From Eledone cirrhosa (lineage: Eukaryota): a stretch of DNA of 64,000 nt. Position numbers and translations under genes: made by a program. The notes under the pieces were generated by a model, which was given only the letters and a program-made list of their open reading frames with translations, ran no database searches and was not told the DNA's origin. Shown here piece by piece: positions 60,797 to 64,000 of the stretch. Each line of letters opens with the position of its first letter. The first letter of the stretch is position 1. The stretch is from contig OZ024745.1 of the NCBI GenBank assembly GCA_964016885.1, positions 50,220,001-50,284,000 on the forward strand. The letters are read 5' to 3'.

Positions 60797-61753
60797 ACTA
60801 GACATGAAAAATGCGCAAGCTCAAAAGTGCCACAGAATGTTATAATAAACCTTCAAAAGTGTGGGACTAGAGTTGTTGCTAAAAAATATTGTAATCATTA
60901 TATATCGTACATTCTGTGGCATCCTTTATAAAAATAGCTTAAACCAACGAAGCCTTTATTTTTACGCTATTTCACTTAGTTAATTCTTAGAGTGTAACAT
61001 ATAAAAATAAATACATCTATGTTTAATGTAATAACAGCTATAAATAATTACGTAATATTATTATCATATACTCATAGTAACAAAATAATTGTGTTGAAAC
61101 TTAATATGATGCTTATATGAACGATCAAATCTATAATGATAATTTCTTAAATATACTAATAGTAAAATAATTTAGTTATCTATTGTTACATTTTCATAGA
61201 ACTATAATATTAACAATCGTATTGCATTATCAAATTTTTATCACTACAAACTTTCATATTGGAATTACCTTAAGCCACTTATTATTACTTCGCTTTCGTA
61301 CTTTTACAGCTGTAGATATTGCGCTGTATCTTATATCTAATATCAATATCTCGTGGTAATTTGCATGAAGTGTAAAATAGGTTTATTAATAACTTTAATA
61401 TGAAATGTATTATACAGGGCTGCGGAGTCGGTCAAAAATTGACTGGCTCCAACTCAGGATCCGATACTCCATTATTTCCTAAATTTCAGCTCCGCAGCTC
61501 TGTTATTATATTAATTAATTTATTTTATAGTTGTAAATCATATTTTTATATGTTACACTCTAAGAATTAACTAAGTGAAATAGCGTAAAAATAAAGGCTT
61601 CGTTGGTTTAAGCTATTTTTATAAAGGATGCCACAGAATGTACGATATATAATGATTACAATATTTTTTAGCAACAACTCTAGTCCCACACTTTTGAAGG
61701 TTTATTATAACATTCTGTGGCACTTTTGAGCTTGCGCATTTTTCATGTCTAGT
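60797..61753. mobile_element. Foldback/MITE-like element with 213-bp TIRs
   Basis: 60797-61009 and 61541-61753 look like exact reverse complements; AT-rich noncoding spacer. Confidence 0.75.
61415..61502. mobile_element. Tiny hAT-like MITE
   Basis: CAGGGCTGCGGAG ... CTCCGCAGCTCTG with 8-bp flanks GTATTATA / TTATTATA. Confidence 0.65.
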
Positions 61754-61765
61754 ATATATACTTAT

Positions 61766-61941
61766 TGGCAGTATCGGTAGAGGGTCGGATGTCATGCTTT
61801 GACGCATAGAGTTACGGCCCTTTCTATTCTGAGTTCAAATCCCGCCGAGGTCAACTTTGCCTTTCATCCTTACGGGGTCGATAAAATAAAGTACTAGTAA
61901 TGTACTGGGTAAGTGCTGGCCTTGTGCCAAAAGTAGAAACA
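61766..61941 (+). mobile_element. Meta-like SINE
   Basis: Colinear with 9619-9805 and 40662-40848. Confidence 0.85.
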
Positions 61942-62024
61942 TTTATATATGTATAAAAGGAGTTTAACTTCTATTGTATCACCTGAGTCATTTCCCCTGA
62001 AAAAGTTGACTTTCATAAACAATA

Positions 62025-62056
<32 letters not shown>

Positions 62057-62057
<1 letters not shown>

Positions 62058-62967
62058 CTATATATATAAAACTGAGGATGTCTGTCCGTGTGTGTGTGAG
62101 TTTGAATCCGTAAAACTCGAGAACCACCCAACCGACTGTTTTCAAACTTTACACATGTAATACTTATATTTCAGGGAGTGTTCTGAGCAAAAATAATTTC
62201 AAATGTCAATGCCCTAGGGACTGCATTAGGCGATTTAGCGATATCTCTCTATAATTCTTAGTCTTTCTCTTTTTAGATAGATACATACATATAACGTGGC
62301 GCCCTTATAATATATGTATGTCTGACTGTCTGCATTACGTCACTTCCCTGATGATGTCTGTGTGTGTGTGTCTGTCTGTGAGTTTGAATCCCTAAAACTC
62401 GAGAAGTACCCAACCGATTTTTTTCAAACTTTACATGTGTATTACTTATGTTTCAGGGAGTGTTAGGCACATGAAAAATTCAATTTTTTGATCCCCAGGA
62501 CCCGCATTAGTTGAAAAACTAGGTTTTTTCAGGTTTTTAGGTGTTTTTTTAGTCGTTACGTCAGACTGATTTCCTGGAAATTGTAACTATGTATTAGTCA
62601 ATCTCTTCTTCATACCGTGAGCAAAGAAAATCTAACTTTTTAATGGTCTAGAGCCCCCCACCTTAGGTGAAAAACTTCATTTTTTCAGCTTTTTATGGCC
62701 TTTTTGAGGCGTTACGTCTAGCCGATTTTCCCGAAATTTCAAGGCATATTATATACATAAAAAAAAATTCATTTTCTTGAAAATTAGGTGAAAACCTGCA
62801 TTTTTCCTGCTTCATCGAGGAAAATCTTAAAGATTATCCAGCCATCAGAGTATTCGGTTTATTTTCTTTACATATTGTCCACGCATGCAGTTTTTCCACG
62901 ATTAGGTCTGTTGGCGGCCCGCGTTCCATAATACCTTATCCCGTGCAACGCCGGGTACCACTGCTAG
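62057..62967 (+). mobile_element. Non-autonomous Helitron-like element with duplicated 5' part
   Basis: A|TC start, 3' hairpin CCCGTGCAACGCCGGG, CTAG|T end. Confidence 0.72.
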
Positions 62968-62989
62968 TATATATATACATTTATATAAG

Positions 62990-63250
62990 AAGGCGCGTAA
63001 CTTAGTGGTTAGAGTGTTTGGCTTACATTCGTGAGGTTGTGAGTTCGATTCCTGGACCGGGTGATGCTTTGTGCTCTTGAGCACGTTGTTCCAGTTCACT
63101 CAGCTGTAAAAATGAGTTGTGACAACACTTGTGCCAAGTCGTATCGGCCTTTTCCTTTTCCTTGGACAACATCAGTGATGTGGAGTGAGGTGACCGATAT
63201 GCATGGGTGACTGCTGATCTACCACAAACACACCTTGCCTAGGTTTGTAT
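62990..63250 (+). mobile_element. tRNA-derived SINE
   Basis: A-box-like TAACTTAGTGGTTAG, B box GAGTTCGATTCC, continuing into a non-tRNA body. Confidence 0.75.
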
Positions 63251-63433
63251 ATATCTCGGAATTGTACTTGTCTAGCAAGTGACTGTGGAGGTGTGCTGAA
63301 ACTAATGCGATTACATCCTAGAAAAGTCACTTTAGAAATTGTAAAACATAAAAAACTGTTAAATTTACTTTACATTTATTTCTTAGTGTCAACTTTTAGA
63401 CAAGGACAGAGTTCCTCTGATATGAGTCTCTCA

Positions 63434-63468
<35 letters not shown>

Positions 63469-63559
63469 TTTCATTTACCAGTAGTTTCTTGAAAGCCTCA
63501 CCTTCATATTTCTTATATTTTTGTTTTCAAATCCACATTCAATAAAAATACCAGGAATT

Positions 63560-63619
63560 TTTTATTCTGACGACTGAAAGCAGATTTGTTTGCTTTCAAG
63601 AAACCACTGGTAAATGAAA
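63560..63619 (+). ncRNA. Type I hammerhead ribozyme (GUA) in fold-back cassette 63462-63720
   Basis: TTTTATT CTGACGA C TGAAAGCAGA TTTG TTTGCTTTCA A GAA ACCA C TGGT A AATGAAA; inverted arm at 63462-63496. Confidence 0.82.
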
Positions 63620-63718
63620 TAATTATCTTATGATGTTTATTACATAACTATTAAGCTCTGTAACCTACATAGAGCACTCTTTTTTCCTGGACCTTTCCGA
63701 CGGAATTACTTCATTCAC

Positions 63719-63784
<66 letters not shown>

Positions 63785-63798
63785 GCGTGTGTGTGTGC

Positions 63799-63835
<37 letters not shown>

Positions 63836-64000
63836 CAAGTGTACGTTTGTGTATGATGTGTGTGTATGCTTAAAAAATTCTTTGCCCACCATTATGCACC
63901 AAACGTAGTTTCAGATGATGATTGATGATCTTTCCATTCCCCCTTTAGCTCTTCTGTCCCTCTATCTCTTTCTCTCTTTGTGTCTCTCTTAATACTCACC

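Noticed and set aside
62990-63062. tRNA gene
   Set aside because: A and B boxes are present, but there is no proper cloverleaf or terminator and the sequence continues into a repeated SINE body.

Overview
Eukaryotic, AT-rich, repeat-saturated window with no recognisable host exon. The SINE types and (TA)n/(CA)n/(CATA)n load suggest an octopus-like mollusc (inference). It holds decayed retroelements: one near full-length and three partial L1/Tx1-clade LINEs, several RTE-clade LINE fragments, four Penelope-like element (PLE) bodies (two Neptune-like, one Hydra-like, one endonuclease-only), tRNA-derived SINEs, non-autonomous Helitron-like elements, a mariner relic and MITEs. The main hidden signal is about a dozen type I hammerhead ribozyme (HHR) motifs from at least seven unrelated sequence families. 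Most sit in short, ORF-less, asymmetric fold-back cassettes embedded in (TA)n, and one family shows compensatory base changes. Several inversion or truncation breakpoints fall inside the CUGANGA core. Also notable: a ~1.9 kb inverted local duplication joined to a PLE repeat, a SINE whose 3' end resembles the Tx1 3' end, twin-priming-like inversions in PLE and RTE copies, and a 17x49 bp array born from RTE coding sequence. Most short ORFs in the track are microsatellite artefacts. All alignments and folds were done by eye, so coordinates may be off by a few bases.
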